Shown here one piece after another: positions 6,528-15,056 of a stretch of 57,307 nt of DNA. Each line of letters opens with the position of its first letter. The first letter of the stretch is position 1. The DNA lies in IMG/VR virus record IMGVR_UViG_3300007510_000008, positions 1 to 57,307 of that record, one strand, 5' to 3'. Below the pieces are notes generated by a model. It saw nothing but the letters and a program-made list of their open reading frames with translations, made no database searches and had not been told where the DNA came from. The position numbers and the translations under genes are program-made. Source of the DNA: a virus (lineage: Duplodnaviria > Caudoviricetes).

Positions 6528-6594
6528 TATGAGTAGTGGTGAAGTGGGAGATACTTCGTTGAATAGAAAAACTCCTGCGCTTGTTCCCTACATA
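6528..6594 (+). ncRNA. Y-RNA-like ncRNA, copy 3 (minimal)
   Basis: GTAG/CTAC closing stem enclosing TGGTGAAGTGGGAGATACTTCG...CTCCTGCGCTTGTTCC. Confidence 0.6.
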
Positions 6595-6598
6595 TATT

Positions 6599-6683
6599 GG
6601 CAGATTACTCAAGTGGTAAAGAGGATTGTTTGCTAAACAATTAGGTCAGAAATGGCGCATAGGTTCGAATCCTATATCTGCCG
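6599..6683 (+). tRNA. tRNA-Ser(GCT)
   Basis: Acceptor GGCAGAT/ATCTGCC; anticodon arm ATTGT-TTGCTAA-ACAAT; long variable arm; G73. Confidence 0.93.
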
Positions 6684-6696
6684 CCTAACATTTTAT

Positions 6697-6818
6697 GGGG
6701 AGTTGATAGAGCGCATTCAATAGATTAACGTTTCTAGTCATGAGAGGTTTCGTTAGGTTGTTGAAAAAGCGGTTAAAATGGGGATCGATTGACGCTATCT
6801 AAAGCCCTCTCCCCGCCA
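6697..6818 (+). ncRNA. unidentified structured RNA with acceptor-like end (GCCA)
   Basis: GGGGAG/CTCCCC terminal stem followed by GCCA; inner GATAG-A-GCG/CGCTATC pairing; no T arm or anticodon arm. Confidence 0.45.
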
Positions 6819-6831
6819 TAAAAAATAGATG

Positions 6832-6860
6832 AAAGGGAGAGTTGACTTGCTCTCCCTTTT
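6832..6860 (+). terminator. intrinsic terminator closing the tRNA block
   Basis: AAAGGGAGAG/CTCTCCCTTT hairpin ending in a T run. Confidence 0.7.
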
Positions 6861-6870
6861 GTGTTATACT
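6842..6870 (+). promoter_or_regulatory. sigma70-type promoter overlapping the terminator
   Basis: TTGACT-17 nt-TATACT with TG extension. Confidence 0.7.
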
Positions 6871-6899
6871 TGATATGCCTTAATCAACAGGAGGGTTGT

Positions 6900-7475
6900 A
6901 TGATATTAGCTTTTACGAGAAGTCAAGTAATGAATGTTCCCGATAAACTATCTTGGCTTGAACCTTATCTAGTGGCTGCGAAGGAAGCAGGATTTAAACT
7001 TCCGCAAGTCATTCAGTATAGGAAGCCAAGATTGAAAGGTAGCATTCAGACATTTGCTTCTGCAACAGTTTTCGATGAAAGAAGTATCCGAAAGAATACG
7101 GTTGTGATTGATGCATCAACTCTATTCCTTCACTCGCATTATCCGATCTTTGATTTGAAAGTCAAAGACTATAGACTCGCACAGTTCTCTCGCAAGTCAT
7201 TACTCGCTACGATTGCTCATGAAATGGCTCATTTGCAGGAACGCGATTTGATTGCCGAGGCTCCTGTTAGCACCTATAAGATCGATCATCCTAAGAAGTG
7301 GGAATTGTATCATCAGGAAATCATGGAAGTCTTTTCTGGCATTCATGGAAGTCCTTTGTATGTTCCCGCAGGAGAATGGCCTTCATGGAACAGAGCGTGT
7401 TGGGTATCAGCGAAAGGAATTGTAGATGGCAAGAGGAACAACGCGAAGGGCAGGAAGAATAGTCTCAAGAGTTGA
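6900..7475 (+). CDS. zincin-like metallopeptidase (SprT-like)
   Basis: HEMAH motif plus a downstream H (DHPKKW); AGGAGG RBS before ATG 6900. Confidence 0.6.
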   Translation: MILAFTRSQVMNVPDKLSWLEPYLVAAKEAGFKLPQVIQYRKPRLKGSIQTFASATVFDERSIRKNTVVIDASTLFLHSHYPIFDLKVKDYRLAQFSRKSLLATIAHEMAHLQERDLIAEAPVSTYKIDHPKKWELYHQEIMEVFSGIHGSPLYVPAGEWPSWNRACWVSAKGIVDGKRNNAKGRKNSLKS

Positions 7476-7707
7476 GACTGAGGTTTTCGAAATCACAGAT
7501 GAGCGTGTTCACATTTGTCCTTATTGTGGAAAGCCCATGATCCTATGTGTTGGCGATTACGGCTATGGTTTGTACACGGTGATGCTTTATGGCAACAAGT
7601 ACAAGTCAATCAAGAGTCGCTTCCACTACGGAGGCAAGGACAACAAGTGTTTGAATGCATGGCTCAAAGAATTACAAGACAAAGCGAAACATAAACCCAA
7701 GAGGTGA
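7426..7707 (+). CDS. hypothetical protein (CPYC motif)
   Basis: AAGGA RBS; fills the gap between neighbours. Confidence 0.6.
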   Translation: MARGTTRRAGRIVSRVETEVFEITDERVHICPYCGKPMILCVGDYGYGLYTVMLYGNKYKSIKSRFHYGGKDNKCLNAWLKELQDKAKHKPKR

Positions 7708-7711
7708 AATT

Positions 7712-8443
7712 ATGGCTTTTGATGAAAAACAAAGACAAGCATTGATGGATCGACTCAAGAAGCAGAAGGAACGCGGACAGTCGATTTGGTGGAGGCCGCA
7801 AGAGGGCAACAACCGAATTCGATTGACTCCCTATCCCCACGGTGACGTACCGTTCATCGAATACTACTACCACTACAACCTTTCAGGCGACAAGAAGCCC
7901 GTTCTCTGTCCTAAGAGAACCTTCGGCAAGGAATGTCCTGTGTGCGATTTTGTCGCTACACTCTGGAAGGGTGGAAGTGACGATGAGAAGCTAGCCAAGC
8001 AGTTGAACGCGAAGCTTCGTATTCACTCTCCGATCATTGATCGTGAGAAGGAAGAAGATGGCATTCAGTTGTTCAGCTATGGTTCACAGCTTTACGAGAA
8101 GCTGCTCGAAACCATGCTCGACCCTGACTATGGTGACATTGCCGATCCTGAAAATGGTCGTGATGTTACTGTCAAGTACGAGCCAGCTAGTAAGGGACAG
8201 CCGTTCCCCAAGACTGATATCATGCCTAAACCCAAGGTAACTCCGATGCTTGAAGCTGGCGAGGAAGCTTGGACTGAAATGCTTGAGAAGTGTCCTAACA
8301 TTACCGACCTTGTTCCCGAGCCTACGGTAGAAGAACTAGAGGGAATGCTTCGCGCTCTCGCTGGTGGAGACTCCGAAGATGAGGAAGGAACCGACTACGG
8401 TAACGATGAGGACACCGACAAGGTGGATGGCTTTAACAAATAA
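7712..8443 (+). CDS. single-stranded DNA-binding protein, T4 gp32-like
   Basis: WRPQEG..IRL, CPK..GKECPVC zinc site, DPDYGDIADPENGRD, acidic tail; GAGGTG RBS. Confidence 0.85.
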   Translation: MAFDEKQRQALMDRLKKQKERGQSIWWRPQEGNNRIRLTPYPHGDVPFIEYYYHYNLSGDKKPVLCPKRTFGKECPVCDFVATLWKGGSDDEKLAKQLNAKLRIHSPIIDREKEEDGIQLFSYGSQLYEKLLETMLDPDYGDIADPENGRDVTVKYEPASKGQPFPKTDIMPKPKVTPMLEAGEEAWTEMLEKCPNITDLVPEPTVEELEGMLRALAGGDSEDEEGTDYGNDEDTDKVDGFNK

Positions 8444-8453
8444 GTGAGGAACA

Positions 8454-9524
8454 ATGTCTGAACAGAAAATGTCAGACTTCCTCAGAGATTCACTAAACGA
8501 TACGCTTGGCACAAAGGGAGGGGGAGTAGCATTCAAACTAGATGAAGCTACTCCCTCTACCGTCAAAGGGTATATCCCAACAGGTTCCTGCCTTCTTGAT
8601 ATCGCAATTTCGAATGTCAAGAATGGCGGGATACCTTTGGGGCGTTTGACTGAAATCGCTGGTATGGAGTCTATCGGAAAATCATTGCTTGGCTATCATC
8701 TGATTGCCAATTGTCAAAAGATGGGCGGGACATGCATCCTCATTGACACAGAGAATGCTGCGTCTATCGATATCATGAGAAACGTGGGCATCGATACGGA
8801 TGCGTTGATTTACATGCAGCTTGAGACTACCGAGAAGGTGTTCAATGCTATGGAGCATGTGATTCATCAGGTGAGAGCGAAGCAGAAGGATTACTCTACT
8901 CCGCTTCTCATCATTTGGGATTCGGTTGCTGCTACGTCAACGGAAGCTGAGTTCGGCAAGGATTACGGAGAGGCTACGATTGCGCTACAGGCGCGACTTA
9001 TCTCTCAGGGTCTACGTAAGCTGACTCCCTTCCTTGGAAAGTACAATGTAACATTGGCCTTTATCAATCAGCTTCGCACAAGAATCGGCATCACCTTCGG
9101 GGACGATAAGATCACTCCTGGCGGCAAGGCGATTCCCTTCTATTCCTCAGTACGCTTGCGTCTGGTTAAGGAAGGCGACCTAAAGACTCCCGCGAAGAAG
9201 GAAGTCTATGGTGTTGCGATCAAAACAACAGTAAAGAAGAACAAGGTTGCTCCCCCATTTCGCAGAGCTACGTTCAAGATCCGCTTCGGTAGAGGCATCC
9301 AAGATATTGAGTCTTGGTTCGATCCTCTCGTTGAACTTAAAGAGATCACCAAGGCTGGTGCTTGGTACAAGCATCCCAAGCTGAATGGTGGAACGCAGTT
9401 CAGGTCCACGAAGTTTGTGGAACATGTAGAGAAAGCGGAAGCACAGGACTACTTCAAGGGAGTGCTTGAGGATCACTTCATCTTGAAGATTGACAGGGAC
9501 GATCCCGAGGAGATTGACGAGTAA
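8454..9524 (+). CDS. uvsX: RecA/UvsX recombinase
   Basis: GGIPLGRLTEIAGMESIGKS Walker A, IIWDSVA Walker B, FINQLR, TPGGKAIPFYSSVRL, KNKVAPP. Confidence 0.93.
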   Translation: MSEQKMSDFLRDSLNDTLGTKGGGVAFKLDEATPSTVKGYIPTGSCLLDIAISNVKNGGIPLGRLTEIAGMESIGKSLLGYHLIANCQKMGGTCILIDTENAASIDIMRNVGIDTDALIYMQLETTEKVFNAMEHVIHQVRAKQKDYSTPLLIIWDSVAATSTEAEFGKDYGEATIALQARLISQGLRKLTPFLGKYNVTLAFINQLRTRIGITFGDDKITPGGKAIPFYSSVRLRLVKEGDLKTPAKKEVYGVAIKTTVKKNKVAPPFRRATFKIRFGRGIQDIESWFDPLVELKEITKAGAWYKHPKLNGGTQFRSTKFVEHVEKAEAQDYFKGVLEDHFILKIDRDDPEEIDE

Positions 9525-9991
9525 TGCTAGCTAAAGCGGAACCTAATGCAATATGCAGACAATGTGGGAAAGCCTTTCATAGAAAGCAGAGCCAACTAGA
9601 TAAGTACAAGCATCACTATTGCTCGAAAGCTTGCATGACTCTCTTTCAACAGAAAGATCAGATTGCGCTCAAGTGTGATGAGTGTGGAAAGATATTCTAT
9701 CGAAAGGCTTCCCACGTTCCGCGAAGAAAGCATAGCTTTTGCTGTATGCCTTGCGCTCATACGTACATGTATCGTGAGTGGAAGAAAGAAGCTTTCGAGA
9801 AGGCGAACTACAGAAGGCCCGTGTCATTCTGTCAGGTTTGTGGATGGAATGAAGTGGACATTCTACTATCAATACATTGGCTTGATGGCAACTCAGCAAA
9901 TAAGGACGATAGCAATATCTTGGTTGTCTGTCCAATATGCAGGGAAAAGATCAAAGCAAGGTTGTTACCACAGTATGCAGATAGGGGTTAA
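9524..9991 (+). CDS. Zn-finger repeat protein with degenerate HNH domain
   Basis: Repeated CxxCGKxF...CSxxC units, then CQVCG...IHWLDGN..N...NILVVCPIC. Confidence 0.6.
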   Translation: MLAKAEPNAICRQCGKAFHRKQSQLDKYKHHYCSKACMTLFQQKDQIALKCDECGKIFYRKASHVPRRKHSFCCMPCAHTYMYREWKKEAFEKANYRRPVSFCQVCGWNEVDILLSIHWLDGNSANKDDSNILVVCPICREKIKARLLPQYADRG

Positions 9992-9992
9992 T

Positions 9993-10334
9993 ATGGATGA
10001 AGAATTGATTCTTGAAATAGAAAATGATGCGGTAGGAGATCATAGGGTATTAGGAGAAGGCCATCAAGCTGTTACAGAAACAGAGGGTCCATTAAAAGCA
10101 AAACCCCCTGAAAGTGGTTCCGCAGTAAATCATCCTAAGCATTACAATTGCAATCCAAGTGGCATTGAGGCTATCGTAGTTGCACGACACATGAACTTCA
10201 ACTTGGGCAACGTGCTTAAGTACATTTGGAGAGCGGGACACAAGAATGACACGTTAGAGGACTTGAGAAAAGCTCAGTTCTATCTCAACGATGAAATAGA
10301 TAGGTTACAAAATGAAACGAATACTACTGGTTGA
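9993..10334 (+). CDS. DUF3310 family phage protein
   Basis: VNHPKHY...IEAI...FNLGNVLKYIWRAGHK...EDLRKAQFYL. Confidence 0.85.
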   Translation: MDEELILEIENDAVGDHRVLGEGHQAVTETEGPLKAKPPESGSAVNHPKHYNCNPSGIEAIVVARHMNFNLGNVLKYIWRAGHKNDTLEDLRKAQFYLNDEIDRLQNETNTTG

Positions 10335-11310
10335 CGGATTTAACAATTTCATCCGAAACTTCGCTATCGTGCCATTGCAGAATGACGATGGCACACATTT
10401 GGGTGGAGTGATCGGCTTCCTTAGTTCCTTGCGTCATGCAATGGAAACAACAAAGCCGACTCGCGTATTGATTGCTTGGGATGAGGGTGGTTCTACCAAG
10501 CGCAAGAAGATCTATGCCGACTACAAGATCAACCGAGAGAAGAAAGCGCGAAAGATCTTGATGCCCTTCGATGATCTTGAGCAGCAGGACAACAGTTTCA
10601 ATCACCAGCTTTCTCGTTTGAAGAAATACCTTGACTTGCTTCCTGTGAATCAGTTAGTATGTCATGGCGTGGAAGCGGACGATATCATTGCATATGTCTG
10701 CCAGAATGAAGCCTTCGATGATTACGAGAAGGTAATCTATTCCACAGACAAAGACTTCTTCCAGCTTGTAAATGACGATAGACACATTAGCATTTACCAG
10801 CCTATGAAGAAAACCTACATTACCAACGCCACAGTAGCGGAACAGTTTCAGGTAACGCCAGAGAACTTTCCAATGCTTCGCGCCATTACGGGCGACAAGT
10901 CTGATAACATTCATGGGATTCAGGGCGTGGGCTTCAAGTCTGCTATCAAGTCATTCCCACTATTGACAGAATCAGACAGAAAGTTCCCGAAGGATATCAT
11001 TGCGTATAGCAAGGAGCAAGCGGAGACTAGCAAGCGACCCTTCAAGGCAATCACAAGAGTTGTGGAAGATCCAGAACTTATCGAGGCCAATTACAAGATC
11101 ATCCAGTTGATTGAGCCTGATATACCCTTGTTCTGTTTTGACCGCTTCAAGGATTGGCTTGCTGATATGAATCACGGCTTAAAGTGCAGCAAGCTACAGC
11201 TTCGGATGCTGTTCATTCAAGATGGGGCAATGCGCCTTATCGAACACTTCGATTCTTGGCTGCTTCCGTTCAAGGTGCTACAGCACAAACTCTCTCAGGA
11301 GGATTCATGA
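10312..11310 (+). CDS. 5'-3' exonuclease/flap endonuclease (T4 RNase H / Pol I N-terminal type)
   Basis: LLVDG.N, YKINR, EADDIIA, STDKDFFQL, GDKSDNIHGIQGVG motifs. Confidence 0.92.
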   Translation: MKRILLVDGFNNFIRNFAIVPLQNDDGTHLGGVIGFLSSLRHAMETTKPTRVLIAWDEGGSTKRKKIYADYKINREKKARKILMPFDDLEQQDNSFNHQLSRLKKYLDLLPVNQLVCHGVEADDIIAYVCQNEAFDDYEKVIYSTDKDFFQLVNDDRHISIYQPMKKTYITNATVAEQFQVTPENFPMLRAITGDKSDNIHGIQGVGFKSAIKSFPLLTESDRKFPKDIIAYSKEQAETSKRPFKAITRVVEDPELIEANYKIIQLIEPDIPLFCFDRFKDWLADMNHGLKCSKLQLRMLFIQDGAMRLIEHFDSWLLPFKVLQHKLSQEDS

Positions 11311-11534
11311 GATATCCAGACATTGAAGCGGTACGTGAGCCTTTGAATTGGATCTTGAATAATGACAATAGGGGCTTGCACCCACAGAAAGCGCGAAGCC
11401 TTTTGATCCTACTCAAAGAGCTAGAGAATAGGCGTGATCTTTCTCTCCATAGAGGTGCGGAAGAGGAAGATCCGATGGAATCAATGACAACACTCTCACA
11501 CATGGCCGATGAAGGGAACGTTTTACATGGCTAA
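11307..11534 (+). CDS. hypothetical protein
   Basis: AGGAGG RBS; ATGA overlap with the upstream stop. Confidence 0.55.
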   Translation: MRYPDIEAVREPLNWILNNDNRGLHPQKARSLLILLKELENRRDLSLHRGAEEEDPMESMTTLSHMADEGNVLHG

Positions 11535-12906
11535 TCAAGACTTCAGCATATTCGGAGAGGACAGTTTCCAGACCAATGTTCTGCATGCGTTGATCATTGA
11601 TACCGCATACTCTGAGCAGATCCTTGATATCCTAGACGTTGAGTTCTTTTCAAGCGAAGGGCATGCTACGATCTTCGACTTCCTGAAAGAGAACGTTGAA
11701 GGTAAGGCGCGATTTCCCTCAATGGAAGTGCTGAAGTATTGGGTGAATGAGGATCTAGGCAAAGGGCCAATGCGTGATCAAGTGATCGAAATTCTCAGGA
11801 CGATTCAAAAGTCTGATGGAACTGAGATCGAGTACGTCAAGGAAAAGAGCATTGAGTTCTGCAAGAACCAAGCAATGAAGAATGCTCTCATGGATTCGGT
11901 TGACTTGCTTGGGCGTGGAAAGTACGATGAGATATTCAGTCTCATGCAGGAAGCATTGATGGCTGGACAAGAAAGGGATCAAGGACATGTATACTTTGAG
12001 GACTTGGATAGCCGCAATCAGAAAATCATGCGAAACCCTATCGCTACGGGCATGGGTTCTCCCCTTGATAGTATCCTTGGTGGTGGGCTATCTTCTGGTG
12101 AGCTTGGATGTATTCTAGCTCCAACGGGAGTTGGAAAGTCAATGGCTCTTGTGAACATTGCCTATGGTGCAATGATGGCAGGGCTGAACGTGGTTTATTA
12201 TACACTTGAGCTATCCGAAACCCAAGTCGGTGTTCGCATGGACTCTCGCGTATGTAACATGCCGATAGATCAAGTGTACAAAAGCCCTCTGGTAGTGGGT
12301 AAACAGCTAGAGAAGATTAAGCCCAACGTGGGACGCTTGATCATTAAGCAGTTCCCTACCAAGGGGGCTTCTGTCACTTCAATCAAAGGGCATATCGCAA
12401 AGTTAAAGACAACGAAGTTCGTTCCCGATGTGATTCTGATTGACTACGCTGATTTGATGAAGCCGCTTGCGCGTTTCAAGGAAAAGCGTCATGAGCTTGA
12501 GAGCATTTACGAATCACTCAGGGGCATGGCTGTTGAACTCAAGATCCCGATCTGGACAGCTTCACAATCCAATCGTTCCAGCATGGATAAAGCCTTCGTG
12601 ACTCTGGCCGACATTAGCGAGAGCTATGCGAAGGCACAAGTGGCCGATGTGATCATTAGCATTCAACGCTCTATCGATGAGAAGCGAAACAACAAAGCGT
12701 CATTCTTCATTGCCAAGAATCGTGCTGGCAGGGATGGCGTAATCATGGACGCGCTCATGGATACAGCTACGGCTTACATTGAAGTGCTGAGTGAGACTGA
12801 CTACATGGATGCTAACGAACAAGTGGATTTGACCGAGCCTAGCAATACGAAGCATGGCAAGGACAAGTTGAAAGACTTTTTGAAAGGACGCGACAATGGA
12901 AGGTAA
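11527..12906 (+). CDS. replicative DNA helicase (DnaB/T4 gp41-like)
   Basis: APTGVGKS Walker A, YTLEL, IDYADL, IWTASQSNR, DISES, KNRAG. Confidence 0.92.
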   Translation: MANQDFSIFGEDSFQTNVLHALIIDTAYSEQILDILDVEFFSSEGHATIFDFLKENVEGKARFPSMEVLKYWVNEDLGKGPMRDQVIEILRTIQKSDGTEIEYVKEKSIEFCKNQAMKNALMDSVDLLGRGKYDEIFSLMQEALMAGQERDQGHVYFEDLDSRNQKIMRNPIATGMGSPLDSILGGGLSSGELGCILAPTGVGKSMALVNIAYGAMMAGLNVVYYTLELSETQVGVRMDSRVCNMPIDQVYKSPLVVGKQLEKIKPNVGRLIIKQFPTKGASVTSIKGHIAKLKTTKFVPDVILIDYADLMKPLARFKEKRHELESIYESLRGMAVELKIPIWTASQSNRSSMDKAFVTLADISESYAKAQVADVIISIQRSIDEKRNNKASFFIAKNRAGRDGVIMDALMDTATAYIEVLSETDYMDANEQVDLTEPSNTKHGKDKLKDFLKGRDNGR

Positions 12907-13486
12907 CTATATCATTGCTGTCAACGGTAGTCCCGCTATCGGAAAGACAACCTTCGTAAACTATCTTAAGGACGTTCTGTTTTCGGAGAGTGATATTCGC
13001 GTGGTGACACCTTCGCGTAATCCTTGGATGAAACAGAACACCGAAAGAAGTGAGCGTGAGATACGCGAGATCATGCGAAGCGAGATTCGATCAGGATTCG
13101 CAGAGGGATCGAAGCATGTGTTGATTGACGGGGGACCATATCGCGCAGGAGAGATCAGCTTCTACCAGACAATCGGCATGGAGCTAGGCGCGAAAGTCAT
13201 TGTGTGCCGACTTCGTGATGGTGGGAAACTCAAGAAACACGGTGATCTTTATCAGCCTCACCTTGAGAGCCAAGAGAACCCTGAACTATTTACTCACTTG
13301 AAAGTGTGGTTCAAAAACAATTGGCCGCTACTTAAAAAGGAAGCGAAATTGATTCTGCCAAGAGACTTGACAATCAAGATCACGTATCCGAATGATGCGG
13401 TTCACTTGGTAGAGTTTTGGTTTGAGAGCGAAGCAATCATGAACGAATGGCTCGATAACTACTACGCAACCATGACTAAGGAGTGA
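12896..13486 (+). CDS. P-loop NTPase, nucleotide-kinase-like
   Basis: N-terminal IAVNGSPAIGKTT and VLIDG. Confidence 0.6.
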   Translation: MEGNYIIAVNGSPAIGKTTFVNYLKDVLFSESDIRVVTPSRNPWMKQNTERSEREIREIMRSEIRSGFAEGSKHVLIDGGPYRAGEISFYQTIGMELGAKVIVCRLRDGGKLKKHGDLYQPHLESQENPELFTHLKVWFKNNWPLLKKEAKLILPRDLTIKITYPNDAVHLVEFWFESEAIMNEWLDNYYATMTKE

Positions 13487-13489
13487 TTT

Positions 13490-13681
13490 ATGGCTAAAGT
13501 AACAGTACACGTGGTTGATGGACCCGAAGCATTAGAGGAAGCAATCCAGCAAGCACTAGATAACGAAGTTCACGTTTTACCTTACACGCAGAACGGCACA
13601 CAATACACACTAGTCACAATCGGAAAAGAGCCAGCGGGAAGAATGGTAAATGTGAACGTACCCGATGGGAGTAAACAGTAA
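13490..13681 (+). CDS. hypothetical protein
   Basis: AAGGAG RBS; coupled to the next gene. Confidence 0.6.
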   Translation: MAKVTVHVVDGPEALEEAIQQALDNEVHVLPYTQNGTQYTLVTIGKEPAGRMVNVNVPDGSKQ

Positions 13682-14505
13682 TGGCGTATAAAACATGCAT
13701 CACATTGACAGGCGGGAACGCAGACAATCCAGTTTGCATTGAAGCTGCAAGGGAGTTTGATCTGATCATCGTGACTCCCTACATATTTAACAAGCACATA
13801 TGGAATAGAGAACCAGAGCTTGAGGCCAAGTGTGTTGTGTACTTCAATATGTTTGCAATTCATCACTACGAAGGCCCTGGACGTTGGCAAAGAACGCCAG
13901 CCGAGTTGGGCATGGATGAAATGCCGATTGATTGGAATCCTTGGGACGATGAAGTGCAGAGTCAAGCTTTCGTGTACAAGATTGATCACGATAGAATCCG
14001 CACGTTCCTTGAGGACATTGACGAATTCCTTACCAAAACCAAAGCAGCAGGAGTGTTCCTTGATGATCACAGACCTACGCATGGTTGGTGGGACATAGCA
14101 CCCGAGCATGATGCGCTTGTGCATCCCGAGAACGTTGAGGATATTCTCAAGACAACCGAATGGATCATAGGAAAAGTGATTCAGTTCAAACGTGGCAAGG
14201 ACGGACACCTAGTAACAAACGGTGATCACTTGGTTCCCCATTATGGCACATACAAGAAGTCACGAAATTGGGAAACAGTCGGTGCGTCATTCAATGCGTG
14301 GCCCGAACTAGTGGAACGCGCACAAAAGGGCGATATCTTCCAAGGTAAGATCATCGATGATTACAATGATTTCCTAACGTGCTTCGTGGGCAACAGCATT
14401 GGAACCTATGTAAACCTTGGTGTCCCCGATGGAGAAAAGAGTTTCGAGTACATTGACGATGAGGCCGTCTATCGCAGACCGCTACCAAGCGAGTATCCTT
14501 ATTAA
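13681..14505 (+). CDS. hypothetical protein, possibly TIM-barrel glycoside-hydrolase-like
   Basis: 274-aa ORF; only the AGVFLDD motif is suggestive. Confidence 0.5.
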   Translation: MAYKTCITLTGGNADNPVCIEAAREFDLIIVTPYIFNKHIWNREPELEAKCVVYFNMFAIHHYEGPGRWQRTPAELGMDEMPIDWNPWDDEVQSQAFVYKIDHDRIRTFLEDIDEFLTKTKAAGVFLDDHRPTHGWWDIAPEHDALVHPENVEDILKTTEWIIGKVIQFKRGKDGHLVTNGDHLVPHYGTYKKSRNWETVGASFNAWPELVERAQKGDIFQGKIIDDYNDFLTCFVGNSIGTYVNLGVPDGEKSFEYIDDEAVYRRPLPSEYPY

Positions 14506-14520
14506 ACGTTAGGAGTTAAT

Positions 14521-14691
14521 ATGTTTGGTTTTTGTTTTCACAACTGGAAAAAGTGGAGTGAACCTAGAAGGCAAGATGTATATAACCCAGGACATACAAA
14601 GGAAGATTCTTATCCTGTGTATAGCTACATGATTCAATTCAAGGAATGTGTCAGGTGTGGCAAGGTTAAAACTAAAAAAGAGAGGGTTTAA
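14521..14691 (+). CDS. small Cys/His protein
   Basis: AGGAG RBS; MFGFCFHNWKKW...ECVRCGKVK (not in the ORF track). Confidence 0.6.
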   Translation: MFGFCFHNWKKWSEPRRQDVYNPGHTKEDSYPVYSYMIQFKECVRCGKVKTKKERV

Positions 14692-14692
14692 T

Positions 14693-15034
14693 ATGGAAGC
14701 AAACACAGGTTACATAAATTTAGAACTACCAATGACGGTTTTTGAATTGATCGATACATCTTATGCGATTGCAGATGAAAAAGGTTTTCATGAAGATCCA
14801 AAACCAAACTTCTCTGAAAAGCTTTTGCTCATTGTGAGTGAAATCACAGAACTACAAGAGGCAGATCGAAAAGACAAAGGCCGAGAAGCAAAGCTAGAAG
14901 AATTGGCCGATATCTATATTAGGCTAGGTGATTTTAGCAAGATATTCTTTGATCCTCAAGAGGTCGAAGAAGCGATCAACGCGAAGCACGAAAAGAATAG
15001 AAATCGGAGTTATAAGCATGGGTGTTTATATTAG
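14693..15034 (+). CDS. MazG-like NTP pyrophosphohydrolase
   Basis: LIVSEITELQEADRK...EELADIYIRLGD...KHEKNRNR pattern. Confidence 0.8.
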   Translation: MEANTGYINLELPMTVFELIDTSYAIADEKGFHEDPKPNFSEKLLLIVSEITELQEADRKDKGREAKLEELADIYIRLGDFSKIFFDPQEVEEAINAKHEKNRNRSYKHGCLY

Positions 15035-15056
15035 ATCAAACGATGGTTCAGAACGT

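Noticed and set aside
6093-6594. CRISPR array interpretation of the repeated elements
   Set aside because: The repeats are bipartite and degenerate, irregularly spaced and separated by tRNAs; no cas gene is visible.
352-6700. HDV-like (theta) ribozymes downstream of tRNAs
   Set aside because: No nested double-pseudoknot pattern could be drawn in any tRNA 3' trailer by eye.
6697-6818. tmRNA or SRP RNA call
   Set aside because: No T arm, no G3:U70 pair, no tag frame and no SRP domain IV motif.
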